Part shown: positions 20,835 to 31,052 of the stretch, one piece after another
Numbering within the stretch: position 1 is the stretch's first letter
Layout of the letters: every line of letters begins with the position of its first letter
Assembly (NCBI GenBank): GCA_021732175.1
Contig: JAKFVP010000375.1
Location: 3,207-67,206 of the forward strand
DNA from: Bradyrhizobium sp.
GTDB lineage: Bacteria > Pseudomonadota > Alphaproteobacteria > Rhizobiales > Xanthobacteraceae
Length of the DNA stretch: 64,000 nt
Direction: 5' to 3'
Translations under genes and position numbers: made by a program
The notes under the pieces: generated by a model
Databases searched by the model: none
Told to the model about the DNA's origin: nothing
The model's input: the letters and a program-made list of their open reading frames with translations, nothing else

Positions 20835-21063
20835 TCGTGACGAAGGTGAGTTGATGGAGCCGGAAACTCCAGGCTATCGCCAGATTCCTAAGGCCGGGAT
20901 ATGCATAGGGGGCGGAGATTTCAACTACTTCTCGAGGACTTCCTCGGGCCTCGCTCGGCCCGTAACGCCTATCGAACATAGTCACGCCTGCGTGAGCTTC
21001 GATCGCGGATAAGCAAACGAGCAACGGCACCGCGAGATGGAGAGCGGCTTTGGTCGTCGGCAT
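20794..21063 (-). CDS. Small secreted hypothetical protein (possibly degenerate)
   Basis: Signal peptide ending AHA, RBS GGAGG, perfect FixK box upstream; 3' end overlaps ohyA. Confidence 0.5.
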   Translation of the reverse strand: MPTTKAALHLAVPLLVCLSAIEAHAGVTMFDRRYGPSEARGSPREVVEISAPYAYPGLRNLAIAWSFRLHQLTFVTIKQTPSPANGSER

Positions 21064-21130
21064 CTCTGCCTCCAGCGTGACACCCTTGCGATTGATATGG
21101 CCATGCTAAGAATAGCCCAATCGTGACCTT

Positions 21131-21144
21131 TTGACCGAGATCAA
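21131..21144. promoter_or_regulatory. FixK/FNR box
   Basis: TTGACCGAGATCAA. Confidence 0.8.
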
Positions 21145-21663
21145 CCTGGCTAGCTGCTGCAGGCTCAGCGGTTGAGCCAGCCGTTGCAAGGCAACCTCCC
21201 TCGGGCAAGGACGCGCAGTATCAGTGATCCCGATTCGGGACGGGCTCGTTACGCGCGGCGCTCAACTCGCCGTCCGTTGGCTGGACTATGTGATCGCGTC
21301 CCCTCGGACGCATTTCACCTATTTCCCGCATCTCGACGCCGCCTGGTTCCAGCTAGATTAGCCGATCGCCTCCCAGCCGACAAACTGCATATATGTATGC
21401 CGTCCATTAGGACCGAACAGGATGGCCGAATATTGCTGGAGTTTGCCGAACGCGTCAGAAAAAGTCGCCCGAGACGGCTCGATCGAGCAAACGATGTCGC
21501 AGAAAATCGCGCTTCCCCAATGTAGCCACCTTTCAATTATTTATGTGCCCGCAACATTCTTGCAACCTAGCGTTCAGCATTCCAATTGAATCGGCATTCC
21601 GGTAATGAGTAAATCTAAGCCAGCCATCGATCGGATTTCGCGATTTCGCGATTTCGAATTCGA

Positions 21664-22779
21664 ATGCACGCCTCCGCGAAGCCGATCGGTCAATTGGATC
21701 GCCGATTTTGGTGCGTACTGAGGCTAAACGCGATGGCCGGAAAACTAATTCACGCGACCTCGGTGCGTCGGCTGGCTTGTATCGACCTTCAGCACCTTCG
21801 ATTTGCAGTTGCTGCGGACGACTGCGGGAGCCTTCGGCAGGCAGCAGAAATATTGGGGGTTCGCCAGTCGACGCTCAGCCGATCCATCAGACAGTTTGAA
21901 GATACAATCGGAATTGTAATCTTCGGGCGCTCAAGCGGCGGCGTGGAGCCTACTCCCGCCGGCAGGAGCATCCTCCGGATGGCCAGAACGATCGTTGAAG
22001 AATTTGACGCACTGATAGCAACAGCGAGGTCAACGCGAAACGGCGATACTGGTCGGCTAGCGATTGGTTTCTGTACATCCCTTACGGCGGGCAATCTGAG
22101 AGCGTCTTTGCTCGACTTCCGGCAGAGGTTTCCGCGTATCGAACTTGCCACAGTTGAGCGACGGCGCACACGTTTGGCGAACGCACTACGCAATGGTGTG
22201 CTTGATATTCTGATTGTGACGGGGAGCGTGCCGCTGCCGAATAGCAAAGCGAAACCGCTTTGGAGCGAGCGGGTGTTCATTGTCTTACCTGAGGACCATC
22301 CGCTGGTAGCACGCGAGGTCGTCTATTGGACCGACTTGCGTGATGAGACCATCATTTTGAGCGAGTACGATCCAGGGCGCGAAATCGAGAACCTGCTCGT
22401 TTCGCAGCTTGTGTTGCCAGACGATCGTCCGAAAATCGAGCGTCACGACATCAGCCGTGGTGTTGTGAAAAGCCTCGTCACAATGAAAGTTGGCATCAGC
22501 CTTGTTCTGGAATCAGACATTGGCGCCAACATTTCGGGTCTGGTGTACCGGGAATTGCGTGATGGGGCTGGACCGAGCGTATTAGGCTATTCAGCTTATT
22601 GGCAAGACGACAATGAGAATCCCGCGCTGGAAGCTTTCCTCAAACTACTTTCTGAGCGCTACCCTTCACCCTTCTTGGGTACTCGATCGGTCGCCATAAA
22701 TCGCGCCAGCATCGGCGCAACCAGTTTTGCTGGGTCAGAGATCGACTGCCCGGTTTCGCGGGCGAGCACGTCGGTGTAG
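21664..22779 (+). CDS. LysR-family transcriptional regulator
   Basis: IDLQHLRF..GSLRQAAEILGVRQSTLSRSIRQFE..F.RS..VEPTPAG; true start probably downstream. Confidence 0.9.
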   Translation: MHASAKPIGQLDRRFWCVLRLNAMAGKLIHATSVRRLACIDLQHLRFAVAADDCGSLRQAAEILGVRQSTLSRSIRQFEDTIGIVIFGRSSGGVEPTPAGRSILRMARTIVEEFDALIATARSTRNGDTGRLAIGFCTSLTAGNLRASLLDFRQRFPRIELATVERRRTRLANALRNGVLDILIVTGSVPLPNSKAKPLWSERVFIVLPEDHPLVAREVVYWTDLRDETIILSEYDPGREIENLLVSQLVLPDDRPKIERHDISRGVVKSLVTMKVGISLVLESDIGANISGLVYRELRDGAGPSVLGYSAYWQDDNENPALEAFLKLLSERYPSPFLGTRSVAINRASIGATSFAGSEIDCPVSRASTSV

Positions 22780-22871
22780 GCGACGAGATCCCGGTGGACA
22801 TTTGCCGGTAGATCCACGGTAAGCTTGACGGGCTTGTCATCGGCAATCGCGCCGAGCTTCAACTTGGCCAC
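22659..22871 (-). CDS. DUF2274 family protein
   Basis: AKLKLGAIADDKPVKLTV.LPA.VHRDLVAY..MLARFMATDR; follows trbI. Confidence 0.85.
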   Translation of the reverse strand: MAKLKLGAIADDKPVKLTVDLPANVHRDLVAYTDVLARETGQSISDPAKLVAPMLARFMATDRVPKKGEG

Positions 22872-22878
22872 GTTTCTC

Positions 22879-24081
22879 TCATCCTCTGTATGGTTCAAGC
22901 ACCAGATCCCGATTGACGATGACCCGCACGGGAAAACCCGGCCGCATTGTCAGGGTTGGTTGAATGTTCAGATTGCGCCGAACGACTTGTTGGCCCGTTT
23001 GGTTCAGGGAATCTCGTGCCCCCCGGCGCAGCGCCTGGATGATAGCGTTGTTGCCGTTACCAGCATCGAAGCCGGACCCGAGCTCTGTGCCGATGCCAAG
23101 CAAGGTCGACAGCAGTGCCGCTTTGAACAACTCACCCCAGTGATTGTCGACCTCGTCCTGAAGGCCGGCATTTCCAGCGGTATCGGCACCTGGCTGACGC
23201 TCGAGGACGATGGATCGGCCATTCGGCATGATCAGTCGTGTCCACACCAGGAGGACGCGCGACTGGCCGAAGGCGACCTGGCTGTCATAAATTCCGATTA
23301 GCCGCGCTCCTTGAGGCACCAACAGAGAATGGCCGGTCGGCGTATCATAAACGTTTTCAGTGACCTGTGCGGTGATCTGCCCCGGCAGATCGGAACGGAT
23401 GCCGGTGATGAGGGCCGCTGATATGACCGATCCCGCCTGTAGGACGAACGGCGACGCTGGGCGTGACAGGCGATCAGGCAACGTGGTTCGGCGGTCAACA
23501 GGCGCGTTGACGAAGAGAAACTTGCGGTCCTGTCCGTTCTGCGCAAAGGATTCGTCGGAGGACAACGAAGAGTTGGCGGGCGCTTCCGGGGATGGTGCCG
23601 CGCGCGGCGGCGCCACAGGCGCAGTTGTCGACGCAAATACCTTGCTGGTCCGTGCAGCCTCAGTTTCCTGGTTTGCGCGCTGTTGCTCTGCGTCGGGGCC
23701 GATTGATCCCGATTGGCCTTCTGAGGCGACCAAGGGTCGTCCAAGGTCTCCGGGTAATGGTGGTCCAAGTCGGGGAACATCGCGGGGAATCCCGGTATAA
23801 TCTTGCGGCAAAGTGCTCAGGCCATCCGCTACATTGTGACGGTCCGTGCTGTAGAGCTCGCCCGGAGCCGGCTTGTGCGGCTGGTTGCTCTTCAGCGCCC
23901 ACAGCACCGCGCCGGAGATGAGCAGCAAAGCCAGGGCGGCCCCACCCGCAAGGACCTTGCGGGAAAGGCGTGTGATCCTCGGGCGCTCTGCACGCAGACG
24001 CAAAGCCTGCGTCGCGTCTTCAGGTGACTGCGTTGGTCCCGATGCTGGATTGACGCTCTCGTTTGGCGCATTGCCTGTCAC
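22879..24081 (-). CDS. trbI: Conjugal transfer protein TrbI (VirB10)
   Basis: AALITGIRSDLPGQITAQVTENVYD, QPTLTMRPG. Confidence 0.95.
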   Translation of the reverse strand: MTGNAPNESVNPASGPTQSPEDATQALRLRAERPRITRLSRKVLAGGAALALLLISGAVLWALKSNQPHKPAPGELYSTDRHNVADGLSTLPQDYTGIPRDVPRLGPPLPGDLGRPLVASEGQSGSIGPDAEQQRANQETEAARTSKVFASTTAPVAPPRAAPSPEAPANSSLSSDESFAQNGQDRKFLFVNAPVDRRTTLPDRLSRPASPFVLQAGSVISAALITGIRSDLPGQITAQVTENVYDTPTGHSLLVPQGARLIGIYDSQVAFGQSRVLLVWTRLIMPNGRSIVLERQPGADTAGNAGLQDEVDNHWGELFKAALLSTLLGIGTELGSGFDAGNGNNAIIQALRRGARDSLNQTGQQVVRRNLNIQPTLTMRPGFPVRVIVNRDLVLEPYRG

Positions 24082-25019
24082 GATCGTCCCCCATCGCTTC
24101 TGACAATTCTCACCTTCTGCTGCTTTTCTCCGCCGAGGCGCAACTCCGCCGCGGCGAACAAACGGTCGACGATGAGCACGTTCTTGTAGGCGCGATAATT
24201 GACGAGCTCGGGCTTGCCGTCCTGGCCAATCACAAACAACGGCGGCATTTCGCCCTGGCCGATCCCGGGCGAGAATTCGATATAGACCTTGCGGCCATCG
24301 TCATAGGCGTTGACCGGCTGCCACGGCGGGTTTTCGCCATCAATGACGTAGCGATAGCGGCGCTGATCAACCTCTGGGATGACCGGCGTTAGCGATGGCG
24401 TCTTGAGGCGGCCTGCTCGAGCTTCCGGATAGAACCAGGCGACCGACGGCATATATGGCTTTTCCCGGGAGCGCAGCTCAATCAGGTAGGTCCGTCGATC
24501 GGTGTTGACGACAAGGTTCGTCTCGATGGCGGGCCTTGTTGGCTTAACCATGATATGGACGCGCCTGGTATCGCCATTTCCACTCTCGGTGTCGCCGACA
24601 ATCCAGCGCACGGTGTCGCCGGCCGCAAGCGGACCCGATCCCGTCAATTGTTCGCCAGGTTCGAGCGCGATATCCGTGATCTGGCCCGGGGCCGCGTAGA
24701 TCTGATAGAGCGCGCCGGGACTGTACGGAAAGACCTGGACGGCGTTGAAATACCCTGCCCGCCGCGGTTGGACCCGGGCCGCATCGTTGGCCGTGATGAT
24801 CCGGTCTGCCGGCTCTGTTGCCTCTTCATCACTCTTCTTGCCGCCGCGCGAAGGTCGCCAGGGTGGAGGGACATGCAAAGGACGCGCATGATTGTCCGGC
24901 ACCGCCGGCGGATCGGGGAGCGGCGGAACATCGTCATCATAGCTAATCTGTGGTGGCTTGAAGGTCGCGCAGCCGCAAAGTGTCAGAGCAAGAAGCAAGG
25001 GTGGTACGGGGTTTCTCAC
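24078..25019 (-). CDS. trbG: Conjugal transfer protein TrbG (VirB9)
   Basis: ITDIALEPGE, AGDTVRW, TNLVVNTDRRTY, YDDGRKVYI. Confidence 0.95.
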   Translation of the reverse strand: MRNPVPPLLLALTLCGCATFKPPQISYDDDVPPLPDPPAVPDNHARPLHVPPPWRPSRGGKKSDEEATEPADRIITANDAARVQPRRAGYFNAVQVFPYSPGALYQIYAAPGQITDIALEPGEQLTGSGPLAAGDTVRWIVGDTESGNGDTRRVHIMVKPTRPAIETNLVVNTDRRTYLIELRSREKPYMPSVAWFYPEARAGRLKTPSLTPVIPEVDQRRYRYVIDGENPPWQPVNAYDDGRKVYIEFSPGIGQGEMPPLFVIGQDGKPELVNYRAYKNVLIVDRLFAAAELRLGGEKQQKVRIVRSDGGRS

Positions 25020-25699
25020 TAGCCGAGCTCCTTCGACCAATTTATTGTGTTGACATAGACGCCGAGCGGATTCTTACGCAGGCGATCGGCATCGCGCGGG
25101 GTCTCGATGACGATCGAAAGGATCGCGGTCCAGCGTTCGGTCGCGAAGAGTTGGCCGTTGTCATAGCGGCGTTCGGTCCATGCGATCCGAAAGCTTTCCG
25201 GCGAGGCCCGAATGACGCTGGAGATCTCGACCGCAACCTGCGTGTTACCAAGCTTTGCAAACGGATCATTGGTTCGCGCGTAATCATTCAGCGCCGTTGC
25301 GCCGCGATCGGTCGTGAAGTCGTAAGCACGGAGCCAGTCCTGCCGCAGAATGATGGCGTCGGATGGCAGGCCTCGAACATTCTCGATGAAGCGCGCGAGA
25401 TGAAACGCGATTTGCGGATCAGTCGGTTGATAGAAGGGGCTCGCTGGTGCGACTGCCTTGGCTTGACCGAGGTGGTCGACTTCGACCACCCACGGCGTGA
25501 TGGCGCCCTGACTGGATTGCCACACCAGGCCGGCGGCGAGCCCTCCTGACAGCAACACGCACCCGAATGCCAACAAGCGCCAGTTTCTGGCCTGGACACG
25601 AGCCGAGCCAATGCGCTCGTCCCAGACCTGTGCAGCTCTCTGGTACGGCGTCACGGGCTCGGGCGTGCTGCCATAGTGCACGGACGGTCTTTTGAACAT
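25019..25699 (-). CDS. trbF: Conjugal transfer protein TrbF
   Basis: TPYQRAAQVWDERIGSARVQARNWR, NPLGVYV. Confidence 0.95.
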   Translation of the reverse strand: MFKRPSVHYGSTPEPVTPYQRAAQVWDERIGSARVQARNWRLLAFGCVLLSGGLAAGLVWQSSQGAITPWVVEVDHLGQAKAVAPASPFYQPTDPQIAFHLARFIENVRGLPSDAIILRQDWLRAYDFTTDRGATALNDYARTNDPFAKLGNTQVAVEISSVIRASPESFRIAWTERRYDNGQLFATERWTAILSIVIETPRDADRLRKNPLGVYVNTINWSKELG

Positions 25700-26904
25700 T
25701 AGCGCCCTCCCTCGGACAGATCCACAGAGGCTCCGCCGCCGGCACCGTCACCGCTACGGACAGCATGGGTGGCGGCGGATACGCCCTGGCTCACCGTCTG
25801 CGCCCGCTTCATGCGGCGGGCCCATGCGGGTGGAGCGCCCGCCGCTGTCGAACTATTGCCGAGTCCGGCGGCCATGCGACGCAGCGGGCTTACGATCGCG
25901 GAGCCGCCGGCCTCGGCGACACCACTCAAACCTCCAGACCGAAAAGCACTTGCCGTCCCGCTCGCAACCGCGGTTGCGGCGCGTGCACCGCCCATGACTG
26001 CGCCGCCGGCCAGACCCGCGCCGCCTGCCGCAAGACCGGCGCCGGCTGCGACGACGCCACCAGCCGCCAAGCCCGTGCCGACGGCGGCGCCGGCGCCAAG
26101 CTGCGGTCCACCGGACACGATGCCGTTGGCGATACCGGGACCGAAGATGCCGAGGCCAAGCAGGGACAATGCTCCAAGCACGAGCGCCATGGCATTGTCG
26201 ATGGTCGGCTGATTACCGCCAAAGCCCGACGTGAATTGCGCAAACAACGATGAGCCAATGCCGACGATGACGGCGAGCACGAGAATCTTGACGCCAGAGG
26301 AGATCACGTTGCCCAAGACTCTCTCGGCGGCGAAGGCGGTCTTGCCGAATAGACCGAACGGGATCAGCACGAAGCCGGCGAGTGTCGTCAGTTTGAACTC
26401 AATGAGAGTGATGAAGAGCTGGATAGCCAAAATAAAGAAGGCAAGCAGCACAACGATCCAGGCAAACAGCAGAACCGCGATCTGAACGAAATTTTCGAAG
26501 AAGCTGACATAGCCCAGCAGGCCCGAGATCGAATCGAGAATTGGTCTGCCGGCATCAAGACCGACTTGCGCGATCTTCCCTGGGCGGAGGAAATCAGCCG
26601 GCGAGAGTCCGGTACCCGAAGCCTTGAGGCCCAAACCGGCGAAGCTCTCAAAGACGATACGAGCGAGCCTATTCCAATTGCCTATCAGGAAAGCAAAGAT
26701 GCCGACGAACAGGGTCTTCTTGACGAGGCGTTCCAAGACGTCTTCGCCCGCACCCCATGACCAGAACAAACCCGCCAGCGTAATATCGATCGCCGCGAGC
26801 GTCGTGGCAAGAAATCCGATCTCTTCTCCCAACAGGCCGAACCCGGAATCGATGTAGCGGGTGAAGGTCTCCAGGAATTGATCAATGATGCCAGTGCCGC
26901 CCAT
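25699..26904 (-). CDS. trbL: Conjugal transfer protein TrbL (VirB6)
   Basis: FTRYIDSGFGLL, IEFKLTTLAGFVLIPF, Gly/Ala-rich tail. Confidence 0.95.
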   Translation of the reverse strand: MGGTGIIDQFLETFTRYIDSGFGLLGEEIGFLATTLAAIDITLAGLFWSWGAGEDVLERLVKKTLFVGIFAFLIGNWNRLARIVFESFAGLGLKASGTGLSPADFLRPGKIAQVGLDAGRPILDSISGLLGYVSFFENFVQIAVLLFAWIVVLLAFFILAIQLFITLIEFKLTTLAGFVLIPFGLFGKTAFAAERVLGNVISSGVKILVLAVIVGIGSSLFAQFTSGFGGNQPTIDNAMALVLGALSLLGLGIFGPGIANGIVSGGPQLGAGAAVGTGLAAGGVVAAGAGLAAGGAGLAGGAVMGGARAATAVASGTASAFRSGGLSGVAEAGGSAIVSPLRRMAAGLGNSSTAAGAPPAWARRMKRAQTVSQGVSAATHAVRSGDGAGGGASVDLSEGGR

Positions 26905-26907
26905 GGA

Positions 26908-27282
26908 TCACTCCTTTTCGGATGGCGGAGTTGGGAGAGAGCCTGGGGATGGGCGGCTTTCATCCTTGGGCCGGACGAACAAGGATCTTTCTTGAGACGC
27001 CCCATTGTCGGACGATGCTGACGGAGCCTTCTGCCGAAGGAATTGCCCCCGCTTCTCGGCCCAAACCTTTCGGCATTCGGACAGGGCGTCTTTCTGCTCG
27101 TAGGTTACGGCACGGCACTCCGCGAGCTTTGTAGCCAGCGGATCGGAGGCTTGATCGGCAGATGTGGCCGACAAGGTTTGGTTTTCGTCACCGCGCAGGC
27201 GAATAGCGCAGGCGGCAACAACAAGGACGACGAGGACCATGGCGGCCGCGGTCGGGACCCGCTTGAGGATTTTCGTGTTCAT
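26908..27282 (-). CDS. trbK: Putative entry-exclusion protein TrbK-alt
   Basis: Between trbJ and trbL; LAECR..ECRKVWAEKR..FL. Confidence 0.75.
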   Translation of the reverse strand: MNTKILKRVPTAAAMVLVVLVVAACAIRLRGDENQTLSATSADQASDPLATKLAECRAVTYEQKDALSECRKVWAEKRGQFLRQKAPSASSDNGASQERSLFVRPKDESRPSPGSLPTPPSEKE

Positions 27283-28016
27283 CAGTGAAACATCCGAACC
27301 ATTGTCGGCTGATAGCCAGTGCCTCGCGTCAGGAAGCGATGCAGTTGTTCCCTGCCCTGGTCTTGAGCGGCGGCATGCTGGGCGGACTCCAGGTTCTGTG
27401 CGCGTCCGTGGGCCGCGACGACCGCCGTGAGATCCGCAAGTTGCTGGGCATGCAGCGCTAAGAGCTGATTGCCGGCCTGGCTCGCCTGTAAGGCACCGGT
27501 GGCACCCTGGCTGGAGGTGACCAGCGCTGACATTTGGGTACGGTTCGTGTCGAGATTGCCGACGACAGTGGCCTGCGTCCGCATGGCGTCTTGCAGGCCC
27601 GCCATCGCGTTCTGCCAACGCGCTTGCGCATTCGCGACTAGCGCCTGGTCCGAAAAACTGGATGATGCTGGCGCGTAGGTCGTCGCGAATGCACGATCGA
27701 TCTGCTGGATATCGTAGGCGATGCGCTGGGCTTGGGCGAGCAGTTGCTGGGTACGCTTGATCGACTGTTCCAGTTGCAGCAAGGACGAGAACGGCAATGT
27801 GGCCAGATTCTTCGCCTGATTGATCAGCATCTGCGCCTGATTTTGCAGAGAGACGATCTGGTTGTTGATCTGTTGCAGCGCGCGAGCGGCGGTCAGCACA
27901 TTCTGCGCGTAGTTGTTCGGGTCAAAGACCACCAACTGTGCAGAAGCCTGCTTGGAACCGATAAAGGCGATGAACGCAAGCACGCTGACAACAGCGAGGC
28001 GACGCAGACGTTTCAT
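27282..28016 (-). CDS. trbJ: Conjugal transfer protein TrbJ
   Basis: VFDPNNYAQNVLTAARALQQINNQI, GALQASQAGNQLLA. Confidence 0.95.
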   Translation of the reverse strand: MKRLRRLAVVSVLAFIAFIGSKQASAQLVVFDPNNYAQNVLTAARALQQINNQIVSLQNQAQMLINQAKNLATLPFSSLLQLEQSIKRTQQLLAQAQRIAYDIQQIDRAFATTYAPASSSFSDQALVANAQARWQNAMAGLQDAMRTQATVVGNLDTNRTQMSALVTSSQGATGALQASQAGNQLLALHAQQLADLTAVVAAHGRAQNLESAQHAAAQDQGREQLHRFLTRGTGYQPTMVRMFH

Positions 28017-30454
28017 TTGGACGCTTCCAGTTCAGCAAGATGCGGGATGAGATCGGTAGCCCAGGGAATGTCGCGGGCCTTGAGCCAGTCCGACACAAAG
28101 TTGTCGCGGCCACCCTCGACCAGAACCTGCTCGATCAACGCCTGATCGGCTTTGGAGGATGTGGCAGTGAAGGCGAGAGCAACCTCGCCAAGACCGAGTT
28201 CGAATAAGCGGTTGCCGCGGCGAGACTGGCAGTAGTAGTCGCGCTTTGGCGTTGCCCGAGCCAGGATCTCGATCTGCCGGTCGTTCAGCCCAAAACGTCG
28301 ATAGATCGCCATGATTTGTGGCTCGATGGCGCGATCGTTGGGCAGCAGGATGCGCGTCGGACAGCTTTCGATGATGACAGGCGCAATCGCGGAGCCATCG
28401 ATGTCGGCAAGCGACTGAGTGGCGAAGATGACGGATGCGTTTTTCTTGCGCAGCGTCTTCAGCCATTCGCGGAGCCGCCCCGCAAAGTCGGCATCATCAA
28501 GGGCCAGCCACCCCTCGTCGATGATGAGCAGGGTCGGCCGGCCATCAAAGCGACCCTCGATCCGGTGGAACAGATAGGAAAGCACGGCCGGAGCAACCGC
28601 GGTCCCGATCAGCCCATCGGTCTCGAAGACCTGGACTGAGGACTCACCCAGGCGCTCGCTCTCGGCATCGAGCAAACGGTCGTAGGGCCCCCCGAGACAA
28701 TAAGGCTGCAGCGCTCGCTTCAGGACATTGGACTGAAGCAGAACGGAGAGGCCTGTGAGGGTGCGCTCTCCGACCGGTGCCGAGGCAAGGGAACTGAGGG
28801 CTGACCAGAGGTGCTCCTTGGCCTCGGGAGTTACCTCGATCCGCTCACGGGCCAAAATCGAGGCGACCCAATCGGCCGCCCAACCGCGTTCCGCCGCATC
28901 ATCGATCCCAGCGAGCGGCTGGAGAGAAACCGACTCGGTCGATTCCCCAGCGACCGCACCGCCAAGATCATGCCAATCCCCGCCCATGGCGGTCGCCGCT
29001 GCGCGGATCGACCCACCAAAATCGAAGGCGAAGATTTGAGATTGGGGATACCGGCGAAATTGGAGCGCCATCAGCGCCAACAGCACTGATTTGCCTGCAC
29101 CGGTCGGTCCGACCACCAGGGTATGCCCGACGTCGCCAACGTGAAGCGAAAAGCGGAATGGGGTGGATCCCTCCGTCCTGGCCAGGAAAAGCGGCGGCGC
29201 CTTGAAATGGCGGTCCCTCTCCTCCCCGGCCCACACCGCGGACAGCGGAATCATGTGCGCCAGATTGAGCGTCGAGATCGGAGGCTGCCGGACGTTGGCA
29301 TAGACGTGCCCCGGCAGACTGCCGAGCCAGGCTTCGACCGCATTCACCGTCTCGATCATGCACGTGAAATCCCGGCCCTGGATCACCTTTTCGACGAGGC
29401 GGAGCTTTTCGTCTGCGGTAGCGGGATCGGTGTCCCAGACCGTGATCGTCGCCGTGACGAAAACCTCGCCGATTTGATCGGAGCCCAACTCCTGGAGCGC
29501 CGCATCGGCGTCCATGGCCTTGTTGTGGGCATCGGTATCAAGAAGGGCGGAAGCTTCGTTGGTCATCACCTCCTTGAGAATTGCGGCGACTGATTTGCGT
29601 TTGGCGAACCATTGCCGCCTGATCCTGCTCAGGAGTTTTGTCGCCTCTAGCTTGTCGAGCATGATCGCACGGGTGGACCAACGATAGGCGAACGCGAGAG
29701 AATTCAGATCGTCCAGGATCCCGGGTGTCGTCGCCGTCGGAAACCCAACGACGGTCAGAACGCGCAGATGCGCTGAACCCAGCATCGGCTCAAGACCGCC
29801 GGTCAGCGGTTGATCTGCAAGCAGCGCGTCGAGATACATCGGGATCTCGGGCACCCTGACACGATGCCGCTTGGCCGATATCGTTGAATGCAGGTAAGTC
29901 AGGGTTTCCTGATCATCCAGCCAGCCGCACTCCGGCATGAAACCCTCGACGAGTTGCAGCACGCGGTTAGTCCGATCGACAAACCCGCGCAGGACTTCTC
30001 GTGCATCGGCATCGGCGGTGCGGTTGCTGCCCTCGTAAAGCAGCCGTTCCGCTTTCGCCGCGCCTTCGGCTGGCGGGAGATAAAGAAATGTCAGGAAATA
30101 GCTCGACTCGTAATGGGCGCCGGCTTCTTCGAACTGCGCTCTCCGCTCGGCGTCGACCAGGGCCGACGCCACATCCGGAAAGGTGTTGGGCGGATAAGCT
30201 CCCGCCGAATGGCGTTGAGCTTCGACAAAGATCACCCAACCCGATTCGAGGCGGCGGAGCGCGTTGTTCAGACGGCCGGCGATGGCAACGAGTTCTGCCG
30301 GGACGGCGCTATCGAGGTCAGGTCCTCGAAATTTTGCCGTGCGCTGGAACGACCCATCCTTGTTCAGGATGATCCCCTCATCGACAAGGGCCGCCCAGGG
30401 AAGAAAATCCGCAAGACGCACATTCGAATGGCGATATTCGGCAAGGTTCATCAT
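28013..30454 (-). CDS. trbE: Conjugal transfer ATPase TrbE (VirB4)
   Basis: GPTGAGKS, IIDEGW, WLKTLRKKN, FATQSL. Confidence 0.96.
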   Translation of the reverse strand: MMNLAEYRHSNVRLADFLPWAALVDEGIILNKDGSFQRTAKFRGPDLDSAVPAELVAIAGRLNNALRRLESGWVIFVEAQRHSAGAYPPNTFPDVASALVDAERRAQFEEAGAHYESSYFLTFLYLPPAEGAAKAERLLYEGSNRTADADAREVLRGFVDRTNRVLQLVEGFMPECGWLDDQETLTYLHSTISAKRHRVRVPEIPMYLDALLADQPLTGGLEPMLGSAHLRVLTVVGFPTATTPGILDDLNSLAFAYRWSTRAIMLDKLEATKLLSRIRRQWFAKRKSVAAILKEVMTNEASALLDTDAHNKAMDADAALQELGSDQIGEVFVTATITVWDTDPATADEKLRLVEKVIQGRDFTCMIETVNAVEAWLGSLPGHVYANVRQPPISTLNLAHMIPLSAVWAGEERDRHFKAPPLFLARTEGSTPFRFSLHVGDVGHTLVVGPTGAGKSVLLALMALQFRRYPQSQIFAFDFGGSIRAAATAMGGDWHDLGGAVAGESTESVSLQPLAGIDDAAERGWAADWVASILARERIEVTPEAKEHLWSALSSLASAPVGERTLTGLSVLLQSNVLKRALQPYCLGGPYDRLLDAESERLGESSVQVFETDGLIGTAVAPAVLSYLFHRIEGRFDGRPTLLIIDEGWLALDDADFAGRLREWLKTLRKKNASVIFATQSLADIDGSAIAPVIIESCPTRILLPNDRAIEPQIMAIYRRFGLNDRQIEILARATPKRDYYCQSRRGNRLFELGLGEVALAFTATSSKADQALIEQVLVEGGRDNFVSDWLKARDIPWATDLIPHLAELEASK

Positions 30455-30462
30455 GGGAGAAC

Positions 30463-30726
30463 TCAGGTATTGAGGTGACCGGGAATACGGAGGTGCCGGC
30501 GAACGACTTCGACGAAGTCAGGATCGTGCTTGGCGGCCCAAACCGCGGCCATGTGACCGACGAACCAAAGCAGCAGGCCCGCGATCCAGAGGCGCAAACC
30601 GATGCCGAGCGCTGCGGCGAGCGTGCCGTTGACGATGGCGATCGACCGCGGCGCACCGCCCATGAGGATCGGCTCGGTTAGCGCGCGATGCACCGGCGCG
30701 ACGTAGCCTGGGATCTGCCCATCCAT
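30463..30726 (-). CDS. trbD: Conjugal transfer protein TrbD (VirB3)
   Basis: PVHRALTEPILMGGAPR. Confidence 0.9.
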   Translation of the reverse strand: MDGQIPGYVAPVHRALTEPILMGGAPRSIAIVNGTLAAALGIGLRLWIAGLLLWFVGHMAAVWAAKHDPDFVEVVRRHLRIPGHLNT

Positions 30727-31052
30727 CAGATCACCACTCCGCCGCCGAAGGAGAAGAACGACAAGAAGAAGCTCGAAGCAGCGAACGCAATCGACAGGCC
30801 GAACACGATCTGGATCAGCCTGCGAAAACCACCCGATGTGTCGCCAAACGCCAGCGATAGCCCTGTGACGATAATGATGATGACCGCGACAATCTTTGCG
30901 ACCGGCCCCTCGACCGATTGCAGGATCTGATTGAGCGGCTGTTCCCACGGCATGTTGGAACCAGCAGCAACGGCTGGATCAACGGTCAGACAGGTGGTCG
31001 CGAGAATGCTCGTTGAAACGAGCCATCGCTCAAGCGACGTGGCGAAACTCAT
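30726..31052 (-). CDS. trbC: Pilin TrbC (VirB2)
   Basis: MPWEQPL..SVEGPVAK..FGLSIAFAASSFF. Confidence 0.93.
   Translation of the reverse strand: MSFATSLERWLVSTSILATTCLTVDPAVAAGSNMPWEQPLNQILQSVEGPVAKIVAVIIIIVTGLSLAFGDTSGGFRRLIQIVFGLSIAFAASSFFLSFFSFGGGVVI

Noticed and set aside
21225-21360. Possible C-terminal gene remnant (..HFTYFPHLDAAWFQLD*)
   Set aside because: Cannot assign a family
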